DNA of 63,536 nucleotides, counting the filler, from Licmophora abbreviata (Eukaryota): the NCBI GenBank assembly GCA_900291995.1. It is 15 parts of 15 records of this genome, joined end to end, with 100 filler letters (N's around TTAATTAATTAA, not from the genome) between each part and the next. Parts side by side here need not be neighbours in the genome. Positions count along the whole stretch, not along the records: positions 1 to 5,705 come from OLMU01000020.1; positions 5,806 to 10,443 come from OLMU01000021.1; 13 more parts are not named here. One strand, 5' to 3'. Within the stretch, counting starts at the first letter, position 1. Every line of letters starts with the position of its first letter. Positions 1 through 10,543 of this stretch are shown here, in pieces. The notes beneath the pieces are model-generated. The model did not search any database and was not told the DNA's origin. It saw only the letters and a program-made list of their open reading frames with translations. The position numbers and the translations under genes are program-made.

Positions 1-1196
1 AACGAATGCCAAACTCATGACCGAGCAAGTTTTAAAGTACAAGCCCAAACTCGTGTCGCTGGCGACCCCCGAGGCGGCTGCGGAAGTCAAGGAGCGACTG
101 ACTGCGGCGGGATATGCGGACCCAATGCCCGAGATCGTGCATGGTGACGATGGGATTGTGGCGGCGGCAACGATTGCTTCTGCCGACATGGTTGTGACGG
201 GTATAGTGGGGGCGGCTGGTTTGAAACCGACCATTGAAGCCATCAAACTGAAAAAGGACATTGCGCTGGCCAACAAGGAAACTCTGATTTCCGGGGGACC
301 TGTCATTAACCCGTTGGTTCAGGAATATGGTGTCAACATGCTTCCCGCCGACAGCGAACACAGTGCCATCTTCCAGTGCCTCCAGGGTGTACCCGAAGGT
401 GGATTGCGACGCATTATTCTTACTGCGTCTGGGGGAGCCTTTCGGGATTTGAGCAAGGACGAGTTGTTTGATATGTGTGAGAATGATCCACGGGCGGTGC
501 AGGCCAAGGCGACGACGCATCCAAACTGGGATATGGGAGCCAAGATTACGCTTGACAGTGCGACTATGATGAATAAGGGACTGGAGGTATGTGTCTCATA
601 TCAATTTTGTATCATGTGGTCCCACGTAGTATCCAGAACCCTACTAATCGCTACCACCACGCCGTTTCATACAGGTTATTGAGGCTCATTATCTGTTTGG
701 CGCAAGCTACGACGACATTGACATTGTAGTTCATCCGCAATCGATTGTGCACTCCATGGTGGAGACGCAAGATACGTCGTGCTTGGCTCAGCTGGGATGG
801 GCCGACATGCGATTGCCGCTAGTTTACTCTGTCTCTTGGCCGCATCGGTTGAAAATGCCGTACAAGCCACTCGATTTAGCGGAACTGTCGCAGTTGACCT
901 TTCTGAAGCCCGACCATGAAAAATATCCGTGTATCGGACTAGCGTATGAAGCAGGGAAAGCGGGTGGCACCATGACGGCAGTACTCAATGCCGCTAACGA
1001 AGCGGTCAACGAAAAGTTCCGGGCGGACGTTGGGCTAGGCTTCCAGGAAATTCCAACTTTGATTGAAAAAGCCATGGAGGCACACAAGGATGATTTGAAA
1101 TTGGAAGACGTGACTTTGGACGACATCTTGAACTGTGACGCCTGGGCACGAGAATATGTGGAGAATGCTAGTCTGAAGGAGAAGATTCTGTTGTAG
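1..1196 (+). CDS. DXR: 1-deoxy-D-xylulose 5-phosphate reductoisomerase (MEP pathway), 5' partial; intron 587-674
   Basis: Motifs LANKETL, LPADSEHSAIFQ, ILTASGGAFR, HPNWDMGAKITLDSATMMNKGLE. Removing the GT..AG intron 587-674 gives GLE|VIEAHYLF...VHPQSIVHSMVE, then NAANE. Confidence 0.97.
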
Positions 1197-1325
1197 TGCG
1201 AATCGTAACCAAACCTCTACTAGATCGGCCCGCTCATACGAAGATATAAGCCCGTTATATCATGCAAAATCTTAACCAGACAATCTAAATGTAGTAATCA
1301 GCTATTGTACACAACTCAAAACTGA

Positions 1326-3575
1326 TCAAGCGGCAGCCTTCCGGATCATCGGAGGCGGCGGGACGGATCGCGTCGCCGGAGGCATATGGTCACCCCAGAT
1401 GGGCAGAGGCGAGATCGGAGAGTCCGGACTCTTCCATGGCGGAGATATGGTGTTCAACTCGGGATCTGACTTTCTGTGGCCATTGTGGGGCTGCTTCTAT
1501 CTGGTAGCAGAGAGTGGCGGCTCTCGCTCCAGCTTCCTCCTCTCGAAGGCACATACTTCAAGACCGTATGGATCGGTACTTCGATCGACGTCGACTTCTC
1601 CACTGGGTACCCGCGGAAGTAGGCAATCAAGAGCTGCAGAATGCTCACGTGGCTGACAATAAGGACCGGTACCACCTGTTGCTCCACATCAATAATAATG
1701 GTATCGAGACGATTGATCAAATCGCGGTAACATTCTCCCCCGGGAAACCTATGCGTCGAAGAAGCATACAATCGTACATGATCGTTAGCAGTGCAATCCC
1801 TCGATTCGAACAATCGCAGAAAAGGCACGCGACACGTACCTTGTGTAAAAAGGATCTCGCTCTAGTCGCGAATACCATGCCGGGTCCATTTCCTCAATCT
1901 CTTCGAGTTCCATGCCATTAAAGTCACCCTTATCGAGGGGATTCAAGTTGGACAGTTGTTCGGACCGGCCCGCATGGACTGCCCACTCTACAGTTTGTAC
2001 TGCACGGGGCATGGTGCTCGTGTAGACTGAAATTGGGAAATGAAAGCTTTCCTCTATGGATTTTGCCAACCCAGAGAGTGATGTACCTGTACCGATCGTC
2101 GCACCCTTGTCAGGACGGGCCTTCACGAACTCCGTACTCTCTTTCTCAATGAACTCGTATAGCTTCGTTCGGAAATCGACACCTGCTGGCCCAAGACTAT
2201 GACCTCTGACCGACCTCCTCCTTGTTTGCGCAGACATATCAAGCATGTCGGGCTCCTCTTGATCGACCTTGGCCACGTAGTCCTCACCGTCAGTGCGAAT
2301 ACCGTGTGGGGTCTTGCCTGGACGGCACAGAAAGACAGGCCGTGATCCAATGTTCCACGCCATTAGCGCTGGAACAATGATCTTTGCCATGCGCCCGTAG
2401 ATATGATTCACCATGAGGCGTGTCGACAGATTGTATATCTTAATGTACGACTGGCTGTCGTCTGTAATGGTCTCATATTGCTCTTCGTACTTGCGCACGC
2501 GATTCTGCAAGTCGGCAATCGCCTCATCTTCACCCATTCCCTTGAAATCAGGACTATTCTGTACCTTGTAACGAAAATTCTCTTCCAAGAGCTCGTCGTC
2601 GTCGCAGAGACTCTCCACAAAGACAACTCCTGTGGGCATGTCGGCTGATGTGCACTCTTCCAAAATCCACTGCCTCCTGGAATTTGTCGAGTTGGTGGCG
2701 TCAAAGATAGCGATACGGTCAAGTTCGTGATGGCTATCAGACCCATTCGGCGACTCCGATGACGTGGACGACCCATGTCGCAGATGATGAGTTCTACCAA
2801 ATTCGTCTTTTCGTCGGTCTCCCTCGTCAAGCCACTTTAGCATATCGCGCAAAGCAGCTTCGGCAGCAAACTGCCTCAGCTTGGCTGCCTCGGCGTTTTT
2901 CGAGTCAAAGAAGTTGGCATCGCACGCCCCCGCTGCCTGCCGCTCACTCTTATTGGAGTCTTGAGTTTCTTCGCTTTGTTGGTCCTTGGCCAGCTGCGCC
3001 GCAGCCACGCGCCGGTATTTCCCGACATTGAATATCTTGCACTCCATGCCTGTCCAGGTAATGAAATTCGCCAACTTTCGTGAAACAAAGGACTTCCCTC
3101 GTGCAGGGAGTCCAACGAGCGCAATCACCAAGCGCTTGGAGTTTCCCGTCAGCTTTCGTCTCTACATAAAGAACATCATAGAAACAGCGGGAGTCGAAAC
3201 AGAAATACAGAAGATGACCAGTGAGAAAGGAAATGCACAGGTATAAACTGTGTTGTATAGCGAAGGAAGCGAAGAGAGAGGCGAAGGTGTCGGTTGCATC
3301 GCCGTACATCCCCGTCTCATTGTACTCGTTCACTCGACATCAACATCGCGCCATTTTACCACGTCCATCACAGCTTGAAAAACAGAAAAGTAGGATATTC
3401 CTGTAGAAATAGTACTGACTTCTACGTATGATAAAGTCGAATCTTGGCAAATTGAAGACTGTCCGAGATGCGGCAAAAGGGAACTCACCGGTTCGAGCCG
3501 CTTGACAGTCAACGGCGTCTCCGTCGCGGCTTCCTCTGAGCCTTTATCATAGTAGGATGCGCTTGGAGTGCTCAT
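1326..3575 (-). CDS. 6-phosphofructo-2-kinase/fructose-2,6-bisphosphatase family protein; intron 1749-1839; 5' exon structure uncertain
   Basis: Kinase P-loop VGLPARGKS, IFNVGKYRR, AIFDATNST, then a histidine-phosphatase-like domain (FPGGECYRDL...VSH). The core ORF is 1785-3131. As written the frame stops at 1454; one extra A at 1471-1473 extends it to a stop at 1326. The region upstream of 3160 does not splice cleanly. Confidence 0.88.
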
Positions 3576-4212
3576 AGTCACGAATCAAGCTGGAGGTGTG
3601 GCTACAATCGATCGTTTTCTATGGCCCGCTTGATATCACTCACGCGGTATATTTATATTTTGTGAGGTGTATGAGACGCGCGCCGACGTCTTCGGGTTTT
3701 GTGTCGCCGAGTTCTGATTGGACTCGTTCTCAAATTTAGTGGTACACGTGATGAACGTAAATTTCTACGAGAATTTTGTACTGGGGCGAGCGGGGGGACA
3801 CGACGACCACAAAGCAGTCATCAACTGTCTCTCAAGAAAGCTTGCTTCTCTACTTCAACTTAGGTGTCACTCACTGCCCATGCAGGTAGATAACAACATA
3901 TTGTTTAGAAGATAATCTTGAACCTACTCCACAATGCTAAAACCAGCAGCTACTGTAGCTAGCAAAATACATTAGCTATATGGGACAACTTTTTAACTTC
4001 AGGAGCTTACTAGTGAAGCTTAACTTCATAATCTATCATACATGCATTCCAGAGGAGCGTTGCCGTTTAGTTCTAGTCACTGTCGGATTCGACAAAGCGA
4101 GGCACGAGCCAACGTGAGTTTGCTCACTCGGTATCCACAAGAAGAACTCGCTCGACGCCCATGCATTGGAGATTCTTAGAAGGCACCCACTGATTTTGCT
4201 GGTGAGCCGTTG

Positions 4213-6049
4213 TCACTGTGAAGTCGAGGCAAGCAGTTGTCGCATTTCTTCCGATTCGCCTTGTATGCTCTTCATCATTGCGAGAATCGTTTCCATTTTC
4301 TTCTGCTGGCTCTCAACCATCTTTTGGTACTGTTCCAACGTATCCGAGTTTCTGTCGGAAGATCCATCGACACTGCCTGGTCCAGTATCTGCAACTTGCT
4401 CTTCTGGATCGTTCCGCTTTCGACGGGGTACCTCCTTTTCTGCATGGGTATCGCTTCCTTGCGTTTGTATACATCACAAAGAGAATGGCGATTGCCGTAA
4501 ACATACCATGCACGATGAACAGGCCTCCCATGCTCTGCATTGTGAGCTGCGTGGTGTCATCCTCGCCGTCTTCGACTATAGCCACGGAGCAGTCAATTGT
4601 CGCGAGTTTGTCCGAGTGACGGGCCCATGCCTCCTCAAGCCAGCCGTCATCTTTCATTTCTACCAAGTGAAGATCAATAACGTCTCTCACCAGTGATGTG
4701 CACAGTGTTCCAGAGTCTGACTTGGTCGCAAAGCCTCCAACCTGCGACTTGAAAGCTTGTCCGATTCTTGTCATTTTACACTCTCTATTGACATCGCTGT
4801 TCCTGCTAAATTCATCCCATGATGATACCGCTACAACGGCAATTTCACATTTTCCCTCGTTCAGACCTTCGTACACAGCTTGCTCTCCAGTTTGAGCAAC
4901 CAGCTTCGGTTCGGAAAATTCTTTCAACAGGTCCATTTCGACTGGTGTCCCTCGCTCGACACATATTCTGTAATCGTGTTTGACTGCATCGCCCACGCTC
5001 TGGATTTGAACGGCCGGACTGTTCTGAACCACTAAATAACTCGCCAGGTTACCGTGTAGGCCGACGTGACCAACAAGCAAAAGAAGGCAAGCGAAAAGGC
5101 AAATATGCGTGTCGCGTTGCTTTTGGGCTCAAAACTGCTTTCCCCGGTGAAGCTTAGAGCCGCATAGTATATCGTTTCGCTTGGATTCAAATTAAAGTGC
5201 TTCTGATCCGAATCCGCGTCGAAACGATCCAGGCCCTTGTAGACAATTCCGGAACACAAGAGGACGATGCAGAGACAAATCCAGACTTCACGAGAGCATG
5301 GTCTTAGAAACGACCACACGTCGAGTGAGGACGATTCGTCGTTTTGAAATCCCACCATGATGAGTGTTGAGTCGTACCATCCCTCCGGAAAGGTAGCACC
5401 CGAAGCGGCAGCATCAGACGTTTTGTCCCAGTAAGCAGCAGAAACGTCAAACCTCTCAACCGACCACTCAAGCAGCTCGAGGTAGGTTCTATTTTCTGGA
5501 AGGAATATTGTTGTGAGTAGCGTGTAAAGAACTTCGCCAGTCGAAACGAGCTCGGGTCGCAAGCTCGTCGAGTATCTCCGGAATCAGACCGGCTTTCTCC
5601 TTCACGGGAAGCAGAGAAAATGAAGCTCCGCTTGTTTTGACGAAGCGACCGTCCACTCCGAGCATGGCGATGAGACGGAATCCTTCGAGAGCATCACGAA
5701 GGGACNNNNNNNNNNNNNNNNNNNNNNNNNNNNNNNNNNNNNNNNNNNNTTAATTAATTAANNNNNNNNNNNNNNNNNNNNNNNNNNNNNNNNNNNNNNN
5801 NNNNNGGAATCCTTCGAGAGCATCACGAAGGGACACTGTACGATTATGAAAACTATCCTGGCGAACACATACTGTTTGTCTCAAGTCGACGGTAGGATCA
5901 AACGGCGCAACGAGTGATTGCGCATTGCATCTTCTCACGGAGAGCAGCAACGATAGTAGTAGGACGGCTGCGATGCCAAAATTGACAATTCCCGGAATTA
6001 AATAAAAATTCAGTCGTCTCGTCTTTTGCGACTCTGCCTTTCCACGCAT
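4213..6049 (-). CDS. Glutamate receptor-like (iGluR/GLR) ligand-gated ion channel; three apparent 1-nt frameshifts; spans a false gap
   Basis: N-terminal hydrophobic segment, S1-like ILDELATRARFDW and FPEGWYDSTLI, M1 WSFLRPCSREVW, pore loop IYYAALSFTG, M3 SAYT-x-NLASYLV, S2 and M4 (QLTMQSMGGLFIVHG). Frameshifts near 5527, 5052 and 4437. Confidence 0.82.
5706..5805. other. Artificial scaffold spacer N44-TTAATTAATTAA-N44 (first of 14)
   Basis: Identical 100-nt spacers with six-frame stops at 5706, 10444, 12949, 22856, 26408, 29771, 31880, 37699, 41439, 44646, 45944, 50784, 52365 and 57133. Confidence 0.99.
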
Positions 6050-6436
6050 TGTTTGTAAAGGTGAATGTAGAGAAAGAAATCATGCAAGTGATAATGAGGA
6101 CGAGACATGGACACAGCTGCATGACAGCAAGGACTGCATCAGAGCGTCGCGGTTCACTCTCTTCTTGAGAAGCGCTGGGCGATGGGCGCGCACTTTTTGC
6201 TAGGAGAAGCGTTCTGTCATGACAGATGTGCCTCTACTATTTCCGGGATAGTGGAGACTTTGCGTTAAGTATTCGTGTGTCACACCATTGCATCAAAGCA
6301 GAAAACGGCTCAGGCTGTGAGTCCGCCGCGTTTTGAAGTTGTTGTTGTTGCCTGGGCATCAATACGAGAGAGTGATGAACTGATGATGATATGTCGCTCA
6401 CAAAACGACCCACACGCGAACTCACAACAACAAAAG

Positions 6437-8413
6437 ATGGAAACCCTCTCTCAGCTCCTCCACCGCACCGTCAACACAGGTGCACCCATCTACAACGAAC
6501 GCCGGCATCAGGAATGCTTTGAGTTGTACCTCGACGCTGCCTCGTTCGCCGTGTCGCAAGATACTTTGGCAACATCGAAAGTTGGACAGCTCCTTGAGCA
6601 GGCCATCGAGGAAGCAACGCCTCTTGGAGCGAAACAAGAGTACGCAGAAGGTGCATGGGTTCTTCGTCGTTGCTTCGATGACATCCTCGAGAACGACGAA
6701 GGAGGTAAACACAAGCAACTCGTCGTGATGGATTTTGAAGACCGATCGTCCGATGCCTCAGACTCTGGTGGATCATACTGGCAAGACGAGGCAACGACCA
6801 ATACAACTGATCTAGAGAAGGGGCAGTGTCTTGCCGATGTGGCATACATTCTCCGAGCGAGCATTCAGCCGCAAGAGCAGAAGCGATTCGGAAAGAGTTA
6901 CCAAGACACCTTTCCAGCCACCGAAGTTGTCGAGCTTCTCACCTCCCTTGGGCTTGCTGGAAATCGCAAGATGGCGGCCGCCAAGGCTTCAATGCTTCTC
7001 GCTGCGGGCTTGTTGGTGTCGGTATCTCACAAGGACGAGACAGCGTTCGCTGACGGGACACATCTGTATCGATTCCCTGATCGAGAAGAGCTCCAGGCAA
7101 GTTTGCATCGTGTAAGGGCTAGTGGACAAGCCGAATCGAACGGGACGGATGCGGCCGTTTATCGTATTGCCTTGGAGACTACACTTGAAATTCCTGGCGA
7201 GACTCGCGACGACGAGCCCCGGCAGTTTGCTGGCGTCAGCGCGAGACACCTGCAGCCCCGCCGCTCATCGTCCCTCTCGCCCGAGCAAATCGCAGGCTTC
7301 TCCCTCGCCCAGCTCGCGGCCAAGTTGGAATCAATTGTCAGCATTGAGGACCGCCGACACAACTTCACAAAATACGAACAGTGCTTTATCGGTGACGACG
7401 CTGTGTCGGCCATGCTCAAGCACAAATTGGCGTCCAATCGACAAGACGCCACCCAACAACTCAATAGTCTATTGTTGTCGGGCCTCATTCATCACGTGTG
7501 TCGCGACCACTTGTTTGAAGACAAGCATCTCTTCTATCGCTTCACGAACGTTGGCGACCTGAAAAAGTCCTTAGATGCGATTGCCACGCTCCCCGCGCCG
7601 CCTGCATCTGGAAGTGACAAGGTCCGTCACATTGCGCTGATCAATCGATACAAGCAATTTGCCAGTTTGAACATTACTGAGATCCTGAATGCTTTCTATG
7701 GCTGCGAAAATGAAGTTGGATGGGACTTGGTAGATTTACAGAACTGGCGCGAAAATATGAAACGATGGGGCTTCGGTCGACGAGAAGATCAAGACGACGA
7801 GATGGTGGACCGACTGTCTCCTCTCTTACTCAACATCGATCCAGACACATGGGACGTGAGCGGGGACGAGGAATGGGAGTCGCCGTATGGTATCTTGGCC
7901 CAGATTGCCTTATTCGATCAGGTCTCGAGATCGGCCTTTCGTGGAACGGCTGATGCCTTCAAGTGGGACCAACTTGCTATTCGCGCAACGAAAGTTGCAC
8001 TCGACAAGGGCTACTTTCACACGGCCTACAAATCCACATTGAATCAGTTTCTCATCTTGCTCCCGCTGGAACACAGCGAGTCTTGGGAAGACCAGAAACT
8101 GGGGGTGCAATTGCTTTTACAGCTGTTGAGCACGGTCGCCATTCAAGACGAAGGCTTGTCGGACTACGAAATTGTCAAGCGCCTAGAATTCTCCAAGCGT
8201 CTCACGACGGCCTTCTTGGAGCATGCACAGGTCGTTGCCAAGTTCAAACGCTACCCGCACCGAAACCGTGCCAAGGGCCGTACCACCACTTTAGAGGAGC
8301 GAATCTGGCTAGCGTCCGACCTAGTTCCACGTTGGGCCAAGAGTCAGAATCCGGAGGATGCCCGAAACATAATACAGCTACCGGTGATTCCTCTGAAAAG
8401 ACTAACGAAGTAG
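6437..8413 (+). CDS. Multidomain protein: N-terminal helical module + two DEP domains + DUF924 domain
   Basis: DEP-like KSYQDTFPATEVVELL...HLYRF and IEDRRHNFTKYEQCFIGDDAV...GLIHHVCRDHLFEDKHLFYRF. DUF924-like QIALFDQVSRSAFRG, LPLEHSE, FKRYPHRNRAKGRTTT. Single exon; start placed at METLSQ. Confidence 0.85.
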   Translation: METLSQLLHRTVNTGAPIYNERRHQECFELYLDAASFAVSQDTLATSKVGQLLEQAIEEATPLGAKQEYAEGAWVLRRCFDDILENDEGGKHKQLVVMDFEDRSSDASDSGGSYWQDEATTNTTDLEKGQCLADVAYILRASIQPQEQKRFGKSYQDTFPATEVVELLTSLGLAGNRKMAAAKASMLLAAGLLVSVSHKDETAFADGTHLYRFPDREELQASLHRVRASGQAESNGTDAAVYRIALETTLEIPGETRDDEPRQFAGVSARHLQPRRSSSLSPEQIAGFSLAQLAAKLESIVSIEDRRHNFTKYEQCFIGDDAVSAMLKHKLASNRQDATQQLNSLLLSGLIHHVCRDHLFEDKHLFYRFTNVGDLKKSLDAIATLPAPPASGSDKVRHIALINRYKQFASLNITEILNAFYGCENEVGWDLVDLQNWRENMKRWGFGRREDQDDEMVDRLSPLLLNIDPDTWDVSGDEEWESPYGILAQIALFDQVSRSAFRGTADAFKWDQLAIRATKVALDKGYFHTAYKSTLNQFLILLPLEHSESWEDQKLGVQLLLQLLSTVAIQDEGLSDYEIVKRLEFSKRLTTAFLEHAQVVAKFKRYPHRNRAKGRTTTLEERIWLASDLVPRWAKSQNPEDARNIIQLPVIPLKRLTK

Positions 8414-8656
8414 CGCATCGTCTCAAAAGACAATATAAAAATACCTTCATGTATGACGCTGCACTTCCTACCAACTGTATCGTTTGCGTTACTACTCTAC
8501 ATGGTGCTCCTATGAAAACGACTCTTACGCCTATCGTTCGAAATGAGGGCTCTTGAGTTTGGCCGTTAATTACATTCTTGGATTATTGTAGCTACGCTTT
8601 TTAGATATAGCCATTTAGATAAGGCTGTCGTTCGCAGAACCACTTTTGAACACTCA

Positions 8657-9667
8657 TCAGAACGGCGACCATTTGTCAGCAGACTCCCAGCTTCCTTCGC
8701 GCGGCTTCGTCCAGCGCTCCTCGCGACTCATCTGCTCCTCCGGACTGTACGGGTAGTAGCTGCTCCTACCGTTCCTTCCATACAACCACAACACCAAGTT
8801 CGAACGCTCTCCACTCGTAATAGGCAACGCAGCGTGCGGAGTCTTGCCAAGATGCATGACAGCGACGCCAGGGGAGAAGTTCACAGTGTGCTTCGTATTC
8901 GTGTTCGTGTCTACAAAGTAGAGCGACGAGCCAGAGAACTCCTCACCGTCGGGCTTGTTCAGATTGATGTTGAGTGTCAGAGATGAAGAGTCCGAATGTT
9001 GACGAATCGACTGGTCTTTACCGGGTTGATACTGAATCGAAAAGCCAAAGCTCTGTGAATCGTCCTCGGCTTGAATGTACTCGGGGTAAAACAAGCGGCC
9101 AAGAGGACGCATGTAGGTGTCAAGCAAATCACAATAGAAGGTCTGAAAGTCTGGAATCGCCAGGTATCCCTCAGAGCGTGGGTCAATCATAAAGCCCTTG
9201 CGATTAAGAACAATTCCATGCGGAGGACGAGCAGGGATTCCGGCCTCCGATGCCTTGTCCAAGTACGTCCGGATCAGCTCGATCTTTTGGGGGTCAAAGA
9301 ATTCGCACTGGTAAACGCCTGGGGCCACCTCTTTCCACAAGTCGCGCACAGCGCTTTCCTTCTCTGGATCCTTCCAAGCAGCTTCTATTGCCTCGCGGAG
9401 CTTGGGATGGTAAAGGGACTTGTCAAGGGCAGGTAGCTTCGCTCCTTCTCTCCCTTCGGACCATTCCTGCCAAGCCGTTTCCAACAATCCGTGATACTGC
9501 ATCCAAAAGTTCTGAGCATACGGGTCACGACGAAGGAGTTCGGCGTGAGTCGGCATTCGCAGCTGTCGGGCTTGCTCGACGGCGGAAGTGGAATAGCTCA
9601 TGGTGGAACGAGGAGTGATGGAAGTAATCAAAGCGATTGCTCGTTTGCGCAGAGGCGACAAACGCAT
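8657..9667 (-). CDS. 2-oxoglutarate/Fe(II)-dependent dioxygenase (prolyl/lysyl hydroxylase-like)
   Basis: HxD...H facial triad: HSDSSSLTLNINL, FSGSSLYF, PHAALPITSGERSNLVLW. Start may be 9667 or 9601. Confidence 0.88.
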   Translation of the reverse strand: MRLSPLRKRAIALITSITPRSTMSYSTSAVEQARQLRMPTHAELLRRDPYAQNFWMQYHGLLETAWQEWSEGREGAKLPALDKSLYHPKLREAIEAAWKDPEKESAVRDLWKEVAPGVYQCEFFDPQKIELIRTYLDKASEAGIPARPPHGIVLNRKGFMIDPRSEGYLAIPDFQTFYCDLLDTYMRPLGRLFYPEYIQAEDDSQSFGFSIQYQPGKDQSIRQHSDSSSLTLNINLNKPDGEEFSGSSLYFVDTNTNTKHTVNFSPGVAVMHLGKTPHAALPITSGERSNLVLWLYGRNGRSSYYPYSPEEQMSREERWTKPREGSWESADKWSPF

Positions 9668-10193
9668 TGTCAACGCGTTGAGAAGAAATTGTGAGCAAAG
9701 TGACATCCGCCACCGTGGGATGAGTCCGCGTCGTTCTTGACTTCGAATGAATTCATTTGTCGTCGATTTTGTTCCTGAAGAACACAGAAGGTTCCACGTG
9801 TAGTGCTTTGACGATTGTGGAAGGGCTGGCTCGCGCCAGAATTTTAAAATCCCCAACCCTTTTCGCGCTATGCAGCTTGTTGATGAATGTTTCCTTTTCG
9901 TCGCGTCTTCTCTTCGCGAGACCTATGTCTATTCATCTATCTCATAGCAAGAGGATGATCATAACCCGGCGACAGGAAAGCCTGTGCCATGTGTCGCTAT
10001 CTAAGCTTTGACCGGTATCGAAATCGATAGACTGACGATGAATACACTCAATCGTAATAATATAATAACTCTGGCACAGAAACAAGCTATGCGGTCTTGA
10101 GTTTCCTTGTTACGAAGATCAGCGGACTAACTTGTCCCACCCTCATAGATCTTGGCTTCTTACATTAACCCTTTTTCACTTCCCCGCTTGGAT

Positions 10194-10443
10194 TTAGACT
10201 GCTTCCGCTTCCGCGGCAGCGGCCGTCTCAGCGACGACAGCAGCAACAACCTCCTCCGTCTTTGCAGTCGAATCGGCTTCCTCACCGCCCGCAGCCGCTT
10301 CCTTCTTGGCACGAGCCCCCGCAGCACGCTCACGGCGCTTGCGATTCCGGTTCTCGAGGGCAGAAGGTGTCAACTTGTTGTAACGCTCCCGCTCGAGACG
10401 CGCACGACGTTCGTTTCGGGCCTTGGCCGATTCCGGAGAAAGG
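10194..10443 (-). CDS. C-terminal fragment of a basic, Arg/Glu-rich helical protein (5' part lost in gap)
   Basis: Open frame LSPESAKARNERRARLERERYNKLTPSALENRNRKRRERAAGARAKKE...AEAV* ending at TAA 10194-10196. It is absent from the ORF track because it lacks a start. Confidence 0.65.
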
Positions 10444-10543
10444 NNNNNNNNNNNNNNNNNNNNNNNNNNNNNNNNNNNNNNNNNNNNTTAATTAATTAAN
10501 NNNNNNNNNNNNNNNNNNNNNNNNNNNNNNNNNNNNNNNNNNN

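Noticed and set aside
3160..3420. In-frame TAG just upstream of the PFKFB kinase domain as possible readthrough
   Set aside because: The TAG can equally be a splice acceptor after a pyrimidine-rich tract. The 5' gene model cannot be resolved without cDNA.
4166..4696. Long antisense ORFs (for example 4166-4696, 16447-16908, 23223-23723, 51168-51680, 51482-52162, 61165-61764)
   Set aside because: They are shadows of real genes on the opposite strand and carry no independent motifs.
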